Shown: piece after piece, positions 1-9,137 of the stretch
Layout of the letters: each line of letters begins with the position of its first letter
Numbering within the stretch: the stretch's first letter is position 1
From: a virus
Strand: one strand, 5' to 3'
IMG/VR virus record: IMGVR_UViG_2512047007_000001
Location: 4,917-68,916 of that record
DNA: 64,000 nucleotides
The notes under the pieces: model-generated
Seen by the model: only the letters and a program-made list of their open reading frames with translations
Databases searched by the model: none
What the model was told of the DNA's origin: nothing
Position numbers and translations under genes: made by a program

Positions 1-1
1 C

Positions 2-1033
2 ACGTTCGACCTCCCGCCTCTGGCGGACGCACCCACTGCTCGGCTTCTACTTCCTGCCGACGCACCCGAGGCGCAGTGGCACGCCACCCGCGCCGCCGGG
101 ATCGGCGGCTCGGACGTCGCCGCCATCCTCGGCCTGGACAAGTACAGGGGCCCGAGGCACGTCTTCGAGGACAAGCACGGGCGGCCCACCTTCAAGCGCA
201 ACGAGGCCGCCGAGATCGGCACGGAGATCGAAGGGTTCATCGCCAGGCTGTTCAGCAAGCGCAGCGGTGTCCCGATCGCGATGCCGCCAGGGACACTCGT
301 GCACACCGAGCACGAGTGGGCGCGGGTCAACGTCGACCGGTACACCTGCTCTGCGGACGGGGCCGTGACCGGGCTGCTGGAGTGCAAGAACCGCAGCGCC
401 TACCAGCTCGACGACTGGGAGGACGGCGTCCCCGACGCCCCCGCGCTCCAGACTCATTGGGGCATGGCCGTGGGCGGCTGGACGCACGGGTACGTGGCCG
501 CGCTCGTCGGCGGTAACCGGCTGATCTGGCACCGGCTGGAGCGCGACGAGGAGATGATCGCCTACCTCCTCGACTTCTGCGGGAAGTGGTTCGAGCGGCA
601 CGTCGTCGAGGGCTTCGAGCCCGAGGCCGACGGCCTGGAGTCGACGACCGAACTGCTGTCGAAGCTGTGGTCCGTCAAGCCGGAGGCGGTCGCCGAGGTC
701 GATGTGACCAAGGCCAAGGAGCTGCGCGCCAAGGCACTCGACCTCAAGGCGCAGGCCAAGGGCGTCGCGGAGGAGCTGCGGGCCGTCGAGAACGAGATCC
801 GCCTGCTGACCGGCGAGAACGAGATCGCGAAGGCCGACGGCAAGGCCGCCTGGTCCTGGAAGGCGAACGGCACGTTCGCCAGCAAGAGGTTCACGGAGGA
901 CGAACCCGAGCTGGCCGCCGCATACACGCACATGGTGCCCGCCCTCGACGTCGACCGGCTCAAGGACGAGCAGCCCGAGAAGTACGCCGCCTACCGCGCC
1001 CGCGTCCTGCGCATCCCCGCGAAGGGAATCTGA
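2..1033 (+). CDS. YqaJ-like viral recombinase exonuclease (5' truncated by window edge)
   Basis: Frame open from base 2: WHATRAAGIGGSDVAAILG, then D...LLECK PD-(D/E)xK core. Confidence 0.9.
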   Translation, partial: TFDLPPLADAPTARLLLPADAPEAQWHATRAAGIGGSDVAAILGLDKYRGPRHVFEDKHGRPTFKRNEAAEIGTEIEGFIARLFSKRSGVPIAMPPGTLVHTEHEWARVNVDRYTCSADGAVTGLLECKNRSAYQLDDWEDGVPDAPALQTHWGMAVGGWTHGYVAALVGGNRLIWHRLERDEEMIAYLLDFCGKWFERHVVEGFEPEADGLESTTELLSKLWSVKPEAVAEVDVTKAKELRAKALDLKAQAKGVAEELRAVENEIRLLTGENEIAKADGKAAWSWKANGTFASKRFTEDEPELAAAYTHMVPALDVDRLKDEQPEKYAAYRARVLRIPAKGI

Positions 1034-1035
1034 CC

Positions 1036-2067
1036 ATGGCTCTGTCTCTCAAGGACCGCGTGCGCGCGGTCGCCGCCCCCACCGCCGAGCAGCCGACCGT
1101 CGAGGCGACGGTGACCCGGACCGCCGACGTCCCCCAGCAGTCGACGCCCGACGAGCTGCATTCCTCGGCGCAGGGCGAGAGCGGCGACGTCGCCGACATC
1201 GCGCTGGACTGGCTGGAGCGGTACGGCGAGGAGTTCACGAAGGCACTGCCGTCGCACATCGACAATGGTGTTTTCCTCGCCGCCGTACGGGCCGCTCTGC
1301 CGGGCCTGGTCCGCTGCACGCCGGCGTCCCTGCTCCAGGCGCTCCTGACCTGCGCCCGATTCGGCCTGGTGCCGGACGGCCGTCACGCGGTCATCAAGCG
1401 CGAGGGCAAGACGGCCGTGTTCGTGCCGATGGCCCAGGGCTACGTCGAGCTGATGTACCGCTCGGGCCGGGTCGGCTCGGTGCACGTCGGGATGATCCAC
1501 GAGGCCGACGAGTGGAGCTACGAGCCGTCCGCTCCGGCGCCGCTCGACTTCACGCACAAGCCCCGGGTGGAGCTGTCGAAGAAGGACCGGGGCCCGGCGA
1601 TCCTCGCCTACGCCTTCTGCTGGATGACGTCGGGCGCCCGCTCCCAGGTGATCGTCCTGTCCCGCGAGGACGCCGAGGCGATCCGCGACGAGTACAGCTC
1701 GGCGTACCAGCGGGCCAAGGACTCCGGGGCGAACGACAGCTTCTGGCACACCGACTTCGACAAGATGTGGGCCAAGAGCGCGCTGCGGCGGCTGCACAAG
1801 GTCGTGCCGATGTCCGCCGAGCTGGTCGCGCTGCTGGCGGCAGACGACGCGGGCGATGAGGGGCGGGTGCAGGTCGTGCACGCGCCGGACCCGGAGGTCG
1901 CCGTGCTCGCCGCTGAGGCGGAGCGGGCGTATGAGGCGGCCGAGGGCTCCCAGGAGCTCGCCGACGCTGCGCTGCCCCGTAAGAGCCCGCGGACCCGTCG
2001 GACGCAGCCGACGCGTTCTTCTCGGAAGTCGCGCGGGGCCCGGTCTCGGAAGGGGGCCCGCCGATGA
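1036..2067 (+). CDS. recT: RecT family ssDNA annealing protein
   Basis: Follows YqaJ; SLLQALLTCARFGLVPDG, GYVELMYRSG, FDKMWAKSALRRL motifs. Confidence 0.9.
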   Translation: MALSLKDRVRAVAAPTAEQPTVEATVTRTADVPQQSTPDELHSSAQGESGDVADIALDWLERYGEEFTKALPSHIDNGVFLAAVRAALPGLVRCTPASLLQALLTCARFGLVPDGRHAVIKREGKTAVFVPMAQGYVELMYRSGRVGSVHVGMIHEADEWSYEPSAPAPLDFTHKPRVELSKKDRGPAILAYAFCWMTSGARSQVIVLSREDAEAIRDEYSSAYQRAKDSGANDSFWHTDFDKMWAKSALRRLHKVVPMSAELVALLAADDAGDEGRVQVVHAPDPEVAVLAAEAERAYEAAEGSQELADAALPRKSPRTRRTQPTRSSRKSRGARSRKGARR

Positions 2068-2789
2068 GCTGGAACCGGCGCCCGCTGGTCGGCTTCGACC
2101 TGGAGACGACCGGGGTCGACCCGGAGACGGACAGGATCGTGACGGGCTGCGTCGTCCGCTACGGCGGCGGCCGGCCCACCGAGGCACGGACCTGGCTCGC
2201 TGACCCCGGGGTCCCGATCCCGGCCGGGGCAACGGCGGTGCACGGCGTCACCACGGAGGCGGCCCGGGCGTCGGGCCGCCCGGCCGCCGATGTCGTCACA
2301 GAGATCACCGCGGCGCTGGTTCAGGCCGCCGCCGAGGGCCTCCCGATCGTCGCCATGAACGCGGCGTTCGACCTGACGATGCTCGACCGGGAGGCTCGCC
2401 GCCACGGGGTTCGGCCGCTGGGTGACCTGTGTTCCCCGGTGGTGCTGGACCCTCGCGTCCTGGACCGGCAGTTGGACCGGTACCGGCGTGGTGGGCGGAC
2501 CCTCACGGAGCTGTGCAGGCATTACGTGGTGCAGCTGGAGGGGGCGCACAGCGCCGACGCCGACGCGGTCGCGGCCTGTGCCCTCACGTGGAAGCTGGCC
2601 GCCCGCTACCAGGTGCTCGCCCACACCGAGCTCGGCGAGCTGCACGATCTCCAGACGAGGTGGGCTCGGGAGCAGGCTGAGGGACTGCGCGACTACTTCG
2701 TCCGGACGCCCGGCAAGGAGCACCTTGCCGCCTCCGTCCGGCTGGACTGGCCGATGATCCCGGCGCCGCGCGGGGGTGCCCCGCGATGA
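2064..2789 (+). CDS. DEDDh 3'-5' exonuclease (DnaQ-like)
   Basis: FDLETTG, MNAAFDL, AHSADADA motifs. Confidence 0.92.
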   Translation: MSWNRRPLVGFDLETTGVDPETDRIVTGCVVRYGGGRPTEARTWLADPGVPIPAGATAVHGVTTEAARASGRPAADVVTEITAALVQAAAEGLPIVAMNAAFDLTMLDREARRHGVRPLGDLCSPVVLDPRVLDRQLDRYRRGGRTLTELCRHYVVQLEGAHSADADAVAACALTWKLAARYQVLAHTELGELHDLQTRWAREQAEGLRDYFVRTPGKEHLAASVRLDWPMIPAPRGGAPR

Positions 2790-3034
2790 GCGAGCAGACG
2801 TTGACCGCCGCCTTGTTGGTGGCGGTCGGCGTCGCCCTCGTCGTCCTGCTGGTCGCCCGCGTGGGCGGCCCCGGCACCGAGGCCGCCGGCCTGGTGCTGG
2901 ATCTGGATGGCGAGTACGACGCCGTGGATTTCGACCACTGCCCGGCCGAGCGCCGGACCACCCCGCACTTCCTCCACGCCACCGGCGGGCGGACGTGCGT
3001 GTCCTGCAAGACCACCACATCGGGGGACCAGTGA
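2786..3034 (+). CDS. Small membrane-anchored hypothetical protein
   Basis: N-terminal TM segment, C-terminal Cys/His cluster; translationally coupled. Confidence 0.7.
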   Translation: MSEQTLTAALLVAVGVALVVLLVARVGGPGTEAAGLVLDLDGEYDAVDFDHCPAERRTTPHFLHATGGRTCVSCKTTTSGDQ

Positions 3035-3735
3035 TGACGGAGACGTTCGGGCCGGAGTACGTCCGGCCGCCGCAGGAGGCTTGTCCTTCCTGCTCGTGCT
3101 GCACCGCTGAGCTGTGCCTACGGGGCCGGGTCAGCGTGCACGAGTGCCGAGGGCTGACGCCGGAGGAGTACCGGGAGACCGTGCACGGCTGCCCGTGCTC
3201 GGCGGCGACAACGCGCGGTACGCACGCGTGGCGAGCCGCGCAGGTCCGCGTGACCCGCCTCGCCACCGAGCGGCCGCTTCCCCTGCCTGCGGAAGAGCTG
3301 CTGCGGGATCTCGCTGCTGGTCGCGTCCCGGTACTGCCGGACCGGCAGGTCCTCGCGTCGCTCAAGGTCCGGGGCCTGGCCGTCGAGGTCGACTTCGGGT
3401 TGCTGGCGACCGAGCTGGGGCGCGTCTACCTCGCGGCTCGTACCGGCGGCCGCACGGTGACGCGGGTGGTGGTGCAGTCCGTGGACATGGAGACGCGGAC
3501 CGCGCTGGTGATGGTCGAGGGCTGGTCGGACCGGACCCCGGTCCCCGTCCTCCTCGGCCTGCTCCGCGCCGCTTCCTGCCTCGATGCCGAGGCGCTGCCC
3601 GGGCTCGACTTCGAGGCGGAGGCCAATCTCGGCGCGCTGGAGGCAGATGACGTCGTCCTCACCCGCATCGCCGGGCCGACGGCACTGCCCGGCACGGCCG
3701 CGGCGGTGCTCGGGGATGGGGGCGGTCATGAGTGA
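3034..3735 (+). CDS. Hypothetical protein with Cys-rich N-terminus
   Basis: ATG overlaps upstream stop; CPSCSCC motif; phage-like codon usage. Confidence 0.7.
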   Translation: MTETFGPEYVRPPQEACPSCSCCTAELCLRGRVSVHECRGLTPEEYRETVHGCPCSAATTRGTHAWRAAQVRVTRLATERPLPLPAEELLRDLAAGRVPVLPDRQVLASLKVRGLAVEVDFGLLATELGRVYLAARTGGRTVTRVVVQSVDMETRTALVMVEGWSDRTPVPVLLGLLRAASCLDAEALPGLDFEAEANLGALEADDVVLTRIAGPTALPGTAAAVLGDGGGHE

Positions 3736-3976
3736 CCTCGTCGTGCTCGTCGTGGTCGTGCTGCTGGTCGGCTGGGTGGCGGGCATCGTGGCGAGCCTCG
3801 TCACGCTCTCGTCCGAGACGGGCAAGCGCCGGGTAGCCGGTGTCACTGCCGGCACGCCGCTGCCGGAGTGGGTGGCGTACGCCTTCCTCGCGGTCCTGGT
3901 CGTCGCCTGGCCGGCCGTCTACGTCGTCGCGGTCGTGCAGCGTCTCGCTGGGCGGAGTGGAGGTGAGGGGCGGTGA
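3728..3976 (+). CDS. Small two-TM membrane protein
   Basis: Two hydrophobic helices; overlaps neighbours. Confidence 0.7.
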   Translation: MSDLVVLVVVVLLVGWVAGIVASLVTLSSETGKRRVAGVTAGTPLPEWVAYAFLAVLVVAWPAVYVVAVVQRLAGRSGGEGR

Positions 3977-4512
3977 CCGCACCTCAGGTAGTGGGCCTGG
4001 ACCTGTCGTTGACGGCTTCGGGGATCGCCTACCGGGATGGGTCGACCACCACGGTGAAGACCCGGCAGAAGGACGGGGACCGGCGGCTACTCCACATCGC
4101 GGAGGCGGTGCGCGTTGCGGTGGGCGGGCCCCATGTGGGTCTCGGCCCGGTGCCGGACCTCGTGGTATTGGAGGACATTCCGCAGAACTCGTTCGCGGCC
4201 AAGCCGATCAGCATGGTGCACGGCGTGGTGCGGGCCGTCCTCATCGAGGCCGGCGTCCCGTACGCGCTCGTGACGGCCGCGACGCTGAAGGCGTACGCGA
4301 CGGGCAAGGGGTCCGGCGACAAGGTCCCGATGGCCATGGCGGCGTACAAGAGGGCCGGCCGGGAGTTCGCCGACGACAACCAGTGCGACGCCTGGTGGCT
4401 GTGGGTCGCGGGGCTCGACCGGCTCGGCGCTCCGCCCGTCGATCTCCCGGCGGCGCAGCGTGCCCGGCTCGACAAGGTCAAGTGGCCTGACCTGCGGGGT
4501 GGTGCCTGGTGA
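3973..4512 (+). CDS. RuvC-like Holliday junction resolvase
   Basis: VVGLDLSLTASG, LVVLED, TLKAYATGKG, DNQCDAWWL motifs. Confidence 0.85.
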   Translation: MTAPQVVGLDLSLTASGIAYRDGSTTTVKTRQKDGDRRLLHIAEAVRVAVGGPHVGLGPVPDLVVLEDIPQNSFAAKPISMVHGVVRAVLIEAGVPYALVTAATLKAYATGKGSGDKVPMAMAAYKRAGREFADDNQCDAWWLWVAGLDRLGAPPVDLPAAQRARLDKVKWPDLRGGAW

Positions 4513-4919
4513 TCACGGACCAGGAGATCGCGGCGGCTCTGAGCGGTGCGGCTGATACGTCGGACCGGTCGGTCTACCTGCGGCTGGGCGTGAGTGCCCA
4601 GCGGGTCGCCCGGGTGCGCGCGGAGCTGAGGATGGCGCCGTTCCGGCGCGGGCCCCGGCCCCGGTTCGCGTCGTGGGCGGAGCTGTACGCCGCGTACGCG
4701 GTGCCGCTGGCTGACGGGCATGTCGGGTGGGCCGGGAGGCGCACGGGGCGGTCGGAACCCGTGATGCGCCTCCGGCATCGGACGGAGACCGCTGGTCGGT
4801 ATGCGTTCCGCACGCAGCACGGCCGCGAGCCGGTCGGCAACGCCCGGCGGACGTGCGGGATGCCCGGCTGCGTGGCCGGCGCTCACCTCGCCGACCGGCG
4901 GATGCGGGAGGGCTGGTGA
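4509..4919 (+). CDS. HTH plus degenerate His-Me-finger (HNH-like) protein
   Basis: LGVSAQRVARVRAEL HTH; W-x-G...AFR..HGREP...CGMPGCVAGAHL. Confidence 0.65.
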   Translation: MITDQEIAAALSGAADTSDRSVYLRLGVSAQRVARVRAELRMAPFRRGPRPRFASWAELYAAYAVPLADGHVGWAGRRTGRSEPVMRLRHRTETAGRYAFRTQHGREPVGNARRTCGMPGCVAGAHLADRRMREGW

Positions 4920-5137
4920 TGATCTCGCGTGACGCGGCCTTCACCGCCGTGCCGATGGTCGTGGCGCTGCTCCTGGTCCTGGCCGTCCGGGACTCGCGCG
5001 CCTCCTCCGGGGACACGAAGGGGACGCCCGTCCCCTCCGTCCCCGGAGGGGGCGGCCCCGCCGGGGACACGGTGCGCGCCGAGGGTGTGACCTGCGGGGA
5101 CAGCGTCCCCGGCGGGTCGGGGACGGGTGTCTCGTGA
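4916..5137 (+). CDS. Small membrane protein whose C-terminus is encoded by GGGGAC repeats
   Basis: TM segment; coupled to neighbours. Confidence 0.55.
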   Translation: MMISRDAAFTAVPMVVALLLVLAVRDSRASSGDTKGTPVPSVPGGGGPAGDTVRAEGVTCGDSVPGGSGTGVS

Positions 5138-5511
5138 TGGCGCGGCGCGGGCGCCGGCCCGCCCCCGACACGCTGCCCCGCCCCGCGCACTGGTCGGTGC
5201 AGGCGGCGTGCATCGGGGCGGACCCGGAGATTTTCCATCCGCCGCGGGACGCCAGCCTGACTCAGGTGGTGGCTCGGGAGGCGAAGAGCTGGTGCGCGCG
5301 GTGCCCGGTACGGGAGCAGTGCCTCACGGACGCGCTGGACCGGGCCGAGCCGCACGGCGTGTTCGGCGGGATGGACGCGGGCGAGCGGCGACTCATCCTG
5401 CGTCGGCGGCGGGAGCGGGAGCGCAACGCCCGCCGCCGCGCCGAGCGCGACGAGCAGGCGGTGGAGGAGGTGGCGGATGGCGGTCCGGAGGAGTCGCCCG
5501 AAGCCGCCTGA
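5134..5511 (+). CDS. whiB: WhiB family Fe-S transcription factor
   Basis: Four Cys (C...WCARCPVREQC) and GVFGG motif. Confidence 0.92.
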   Translation: MMARRGRRPAPDTLPRPAHWSVQAACIGADPEIFHPPRDASLTQVVAREAKSWCARCPVREQCLTDALDRAEPHGVFGGMDAGERRLILRRRRERERNARRRAERDEQAVEEVADGGPEESPEAA

Positions 5512-5719
5512 GCTGCCGTCAGTGCCGGGCGGCCTCCTGGACTGGCGGGCCTCGGCCCACTGGTCGCAGACGGCCGCCCAGTGCCGCTACTGCCCCGAGA
5601 CCACCCAGCTCCGCGACTCCTACGGCCGCCCCTCGCACAAGACGTGCGCGGAGGAGGCCGCCCGCCGCTGGACGGCGGCGACCACACCCCAGCAGAGCAA
5701 CGAAAGGACCCACCTGTGA
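5477..5719 (+). CDS. Small Zn-binding hypothetical protein
   Basis: CRYC...HKTC. Confidence 0.6.
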   Translation: MAVRRSRPKPPELPSVPGGLLDWRASAHWSQTAAQCRYCPETTQLRDSYGRPSHKTCAEEAARRWTAATTPQQSNERTHL

Positions 5720-5934
5720 GCACCAGCGGTAAGGCTCGGCTCGGCTCGCGCTACCGGCCCCGCCTGCGCGGGGAGGAGCGCACGCGGGTCGCCGCCGCGA
5801 TCGGCGCCGAGTATGCGGCCGGCGCGGGTATCCGGGCCATCGCCGAGGCGCGGGACCTGTCGTACGGCACGGCGCGGGCGCTGATCCTGGAGTCCGGGGC
5901 GCGGCTGCGCGGCCCCGGCGGGTCGAAGCGGTGA
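5716..5934 (+). CDS. Small helix-turn-helix protein
   Basis: EYAAGAGIRAIAEARDLSYGTARALILESGARLR. Confidence 0.8.
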   Translation: MSTSGKARLGSRYRPRLRGEERTRVAAAIGAEYAAGAGIRAIAEARDLSYGTARALILESGARLRGPGGSKR

Positions 5935-6302
5935 AGACCCCCCGCCCGGGCCGGGCTCGATGGCTGCTCGCGGTGCCGCTCGGCGCGCTGCTGCTGTGGG
6001 GCTGCCAGGCCGCCGAGGACCCGGACCGCCGTTGCCGGCCCGCCGGGACCGGCCAGGAGATGAGCCTCGTGGCGGCGGTCGAGGGGCGTGGCGGGGGCCG
6101 TGGCGGCTCCGGCGGCGGCTCGGGGAGCGGGTCCGCGCCCCGGCCGGTGCCCCGGCCTGACGGCCCGTCCGTCGACCTGCGCAAGCCCAAACCCGCCCCG
6201 ACCCGGACGACGCCCCGGGGCCTGGTCCTCGTGCCGGGCGGGGCCCACCCCGCGCCGACCGAGAGCCCGTCACCGAGCGGGTCCACGAGTCCCTGCAAGT
6301 GA
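5931..6302 (+). CDS. Putative lipoprotein, Gly/Pro-rich
   Basis: Basic N-region, hydrophobic core, LLWGC lipobox. Confidence 0.6.
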   Translation: MKTPRPGRARWLLAVPLGALLLWGCQAAEDPDRRCRPAGTGQEMSLVAAVEGRGGGRGGSGGGSGSGSAPRPVPRPDGPSVDLRKPKPAPTRTTPRGLVLVPGGAHPAPTESPSPSGSTSPCK

Positions 6303-6407
6303 GGAGCGCCGGGCCCCCGACCACCGACGGTCGGGGGCCCGGCGCCCGCGCGCCCGGGTCGGCGTCCGGCCCGCCCCCCTCCCCTGTCCTGCTTGAGAGG
6401 AGCCCCC

Positions 6408-6722
6408 GTGCGGTGTGGCACCTGCGGTGCGGCTGTGCACCTGACGATCACCGAGGCCGGCCGCCGTCTGCTGGTCGACGCCCGCCCCGACCCCGAGGGC
6501 AACACCGCGGTGTACCGGGACGGGACGGGGACGTGGCGGTCCCGCCGGCCGACCGCGGAGTTGCCGTTGGCGGGGTGGGAGCGGCTGCACAAACCGCACG
6601 TGGCGACGTGCGGAGGCGGCCGGGGTGCGTCGGCGTCGAGGGCCGCTCGTCCGGCTCGGCCGCTGCCGGAGGGGGTGGCGGATCTGGCCGCGCACCGGAG
6701 CCGTCGAGGCGGCCCCCGGTGA
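6408..6722 (+). CDS. Hypothetical Zn-binding protein
   Basis: RBS GAGGAG; CGTC...HxxHxxxC. Confidence 0.65.
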   Translation: MRCGTCGAAVHLTITEAGRRLLVDARPDPEGNTAVYRDGTGTWRSRRPTAELPLAGWERLHKPHVATCGGGRGASASRAARPARPLPEGVADLAAHRSRRGGPR

Positions 6723-6761
6723 CCCTTTCGGGTGCGCACTCAAACTGCGTGACAGGGCAAC

Positions 6762-6790
6762 TTGACTTTGCAAACTCGGACGGTCAAAGT
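6762..6790 (+). promoter_or_regulatory. Putative promoter of the replication gene
   Basis: TTGACT-17 bp-CAAAGT; contains TTGCAAA shared with sites at 25376 and 28065. Confidence 0.55.
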
Positions 6791-6873
6791 GTTGATCACG
6801 AGCGGGGCGCCCCGGCAAACGGCGGCCCGAACGGAACCGCACTGACCAGCACTTACGGAAGGACCGCCGCCGC

Positions 6874-8142
6874 ATGAGCCACGAAGCGGTCACCTGGGCC
6901 ATGGACGACGCGCCCATGCTCCGGACCGAGAAGGGGCGCCCGGACACCACCACGCGGGGCGTGCTCCAGGTCCTCGCCGAGCACGCCGACAAGGACGGCC
7001 AGAACGCCCGCCCGTCGCTCGCCCGCCTCCGCTACCGCACCGGCTACGACCGCCGCACCGTGCAACGGGCGCTCCGCCGCCTGGAGGCGGCCGGACTCAT
7101 CAAGGCCACTGGCACTCACGGGGAGATCACGGTCTACGCCCTCGCCCTCCGCACGATCCGGCCGGCCTCGGACTGGACGGAGCTCCTGGAGGACGAGCAG
7201 CGGCAGAAGGACGCCGCCCGCGACCGCCAGCGGAAGTCACGCGCCAAGCGCGCCGCCTCGTCGGCAGCCGCCGAACCCTCCACCGATCCGGATGTCACGC
7301 ACCTGGACGACGTGACGGAGCAGGGCGTCACACACTCTGACGACGAACGTCACGCATCCGAAGTGCGTGACGTCACGCACTCTGACGACGCACGTCACGC
7401 ACTCAGTGCCGCCCTAACCGTCAGTGAACCGTCCACAGAACCGTCCACAACCCTTGGTGACGGCCGTAGGCCAACTACCGGTAGTGAGGGCGCGCCCGAG
7501 GGCGGCTGCGCCGCGGCAGCAACAGCGAGCCCGGCCGAGGAGGAGACGGAGGAACTGCGGACGGCCGCCGTCGGCTGCGTCATCGGGCTGATGCCGCACC
7601 GTCTGCGGGACCAGCTCCCCAACCCGGTGCCCCGGGCCGTCACGGACGCCATCCGCACGGAGCTCGCCCGCGGCCTGACCGCCGATCAGCTCGTGGAGCG
7701 GGTCGGGCGCCGCTGGTGGAACCACGGCTACGAGGACGCGGCCGAGTCCGGGGACGGCCCGGGCATCCTCCGCCCGGTGGGCGTCGCCATCGCCCTGGTG
7801 CGCCGGGGGCAGTGCACCTCGGAACGCTGCGACGACGGCACCGACGTCGACACCGGCGCCCGCTGCCGCACCTGCGAGCGGGAGGCCGAGGACCGTAAGC
7901 GCCGCCGTGAAGCGGCCCAGGCGCCCGTACAGGGGACGATCTTGGTCGGCGTGCCCTCCGGGGCCACCGACGCCGCCCCGGCCGCTCCTAGGCCCGCACG
8001 GCGGCTTCCGGCCCAGCGCACGGAGATCCGCGATTGCGAGCGCGACTGCGGCAGCGTCCACCGCACCGTGCCCGCCCCCGCCCCCGCCGGGCTCTGCCCC
8101 CGCTGCACCGCCGACGACGCGGCCCAGGCGGCGAACGGATGA
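6874..8142 (+). CDS. Phage replication initiator with N-terminal wHTH and C-terminal Zn motifs
   Basis: VTWAM...VLQVLAEHADKDG..ARPSLARL...RRTVQRALRRLE; EPSTEPS linker; internal repeats. Confidence 0.8.
   Translation: MSHEAVTWAMDDAPMLRTEKGRPDTTTRGVLQVLAEHADKDGQNARPSLARLRYRTGYDRRTVQRALRRLEAAGLIKATGTHGEITVYALALRTIRPASDWTELLEDEQRQKDAARDRQRKSRAKRAASSAAAEPSTDPDVTHLDDVTEQGVTHSDDERHASEVRDVTHSDDARHALSAALTVSEPSTEPSTTLGDGRRPTTGSEGAPEGGCAAAATASPAEEETEELRTAAVGCVIGLMPHRLRDQLPNPVPRAVTDAIRTELARGLTADQLVERVGRRWWNHGYEDAAESGDGPGILRPVGVAIALVRRGQCTSERCDDGTDVDTGARCRTCEREAEDRKRRREAAQAPVQGTILVGVPSGATDAAPAAPRPARRLPAQRTEIRDCERDCGSVHRTVPAPAPAGLCPRCTADDAAQAANG
7294..7452. repeat. Iteron-like repeats inside the replication gene (candidate origin)
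   Basis: Five GTCAC(G/A)CA units; 31-bp direct repeat at 7326 and 7371; perfect 18-bp palindrome GTGCGTGACGTCACGCAC at 7363-7380. Confidence 0.7.
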
Positions 8143-8552
8143 ACCTCACCGTCCTCCAGGACCTCCGCGCCGCCCTCGCCGACCTCGACAGCTACGGCGA
8201 CCGCCTCAACCCGCACGACGCGACGCCCGAAGCGCTGCGCGCGCTGGACGAAACTCTCGTCCTCGCCCGCCGCCTGGTCGCCGCCGCCGCGAACCGCCCG
8301 GTCACCGGGTGCCGCCTCCACCCCACCGGCCCGGTCGACAACGAGGCCGGCGGGTGCCTCCTGTGCAACACCCGCCGCCGCCGCGCCACCACGACCACAC
8401 CCACCGACGCACCCGTGGAGGACGTCCTCCACGCGGTCGACGCGCACGGCCACGACGCCGCCGTGCGCACCTACGGGGCCCGCCCCGTCGCCCGAGCCCT
8501 CGCCACCGCCGGCCGGGGCACCACCACCAACCTCACCAGGAGCACCCGATGA
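8139..8552 (+). CDS. Hypothetical protein
   Basis: Coupled ORF; CxxH/CxxC. Confidence 0.7.
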   Translation: MNLTVLQDLRAALADLDSYGDRLNPHDATPEALRALDETLVLARRLVAAAANRPVTGCRLHPTGPVDNEAGGCLLCNTRRRRATTTTPTDAPVEDVLHAVDAHGHDAAVRTYGARPVARALATAGRGTTTNLTRSTR

Positions 8553-8764
8553 GCCAGCCACTCACCCCCGCCGAGATCAAGCGCCGCACGGACGCCGCCG
8601 TGGAGGCCGAGCAGGCCGGCGACCACCGCCAGGCCGCACAGCTCTACGACCAGCTCGGCAAGGACATCCAGGCCCAGTCCGGGCGCTTCGACTCCCGCGC
8701 GCTCGACGCCTTCGAGGCCATGTCCCGCGCGATCAGCAACAGCGCCCGGGGCGGGCAGGGATGA
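8549..8764 (+). CDS. Small hypothetical protein
   Basis: RBS AGGAG; coupled. Confidence 0.7.
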   Translation: MSQPLTPAEIKRRTDAAVEAEQAGDHRQAAQLYDQLGKDIQAQSGRFDSRALDAFEAMSRAISNSARGGQG

Positions 8765-8931
8765 CCATGCACCGCACGCCCTCGGCCGCCCCGGACGACC
8801 CCGCCCGCCAGCACGGCCACCACCCCCTCCGCCAGCAGACCACCGCCGACTGCCCGGTGTGCGGCGGCGACATGCCGCCCACCGCCGATGTCTGCTCCCC
8901 GGCCTGCGCGACCGCCCCCGCCCGCTGGTGA
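8761..8931 (+). CDS. Small Zn-ribbon protein
   Basis: CPVCGG...CSPAC; overlaps both neighbours by 4 nt. Confidence 0.55.
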   Translation: MTMHRTPSAAPDDPARQHGHHPLRQQTTADCPVCGGDMPPTADVCSPACATAPARW

Positions 8932-9137
8932 GCGCCCGCACCCGGTGCCGCGCCTGCGGCAACCCGAAACCGGCCCGCACCTACCTGTGCCCGCCGTGCT
9001 GGCGGCAGCTCCCCGACGAGGCCCGACGCCTCCTCTCCCACACCGGCGACCGGGCCCGCGCCACGGCCCGCCTCCGCGAGCTCCACCACCACATCGACAG
9101 CGGGCACCCGCTCGCAGAACTGGAGATCACCCCATGA
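8928..9137 (+). CDS. Small Zn-binding protein
   Basis: CRAC...LCPPCW. Confidence 0.65.
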   Translation: MSARTRCRACGNPKPARTYLCPPCWRQLPDEARRLLSHTGDRARATARLRELHHHIDSGHPLAELEITP

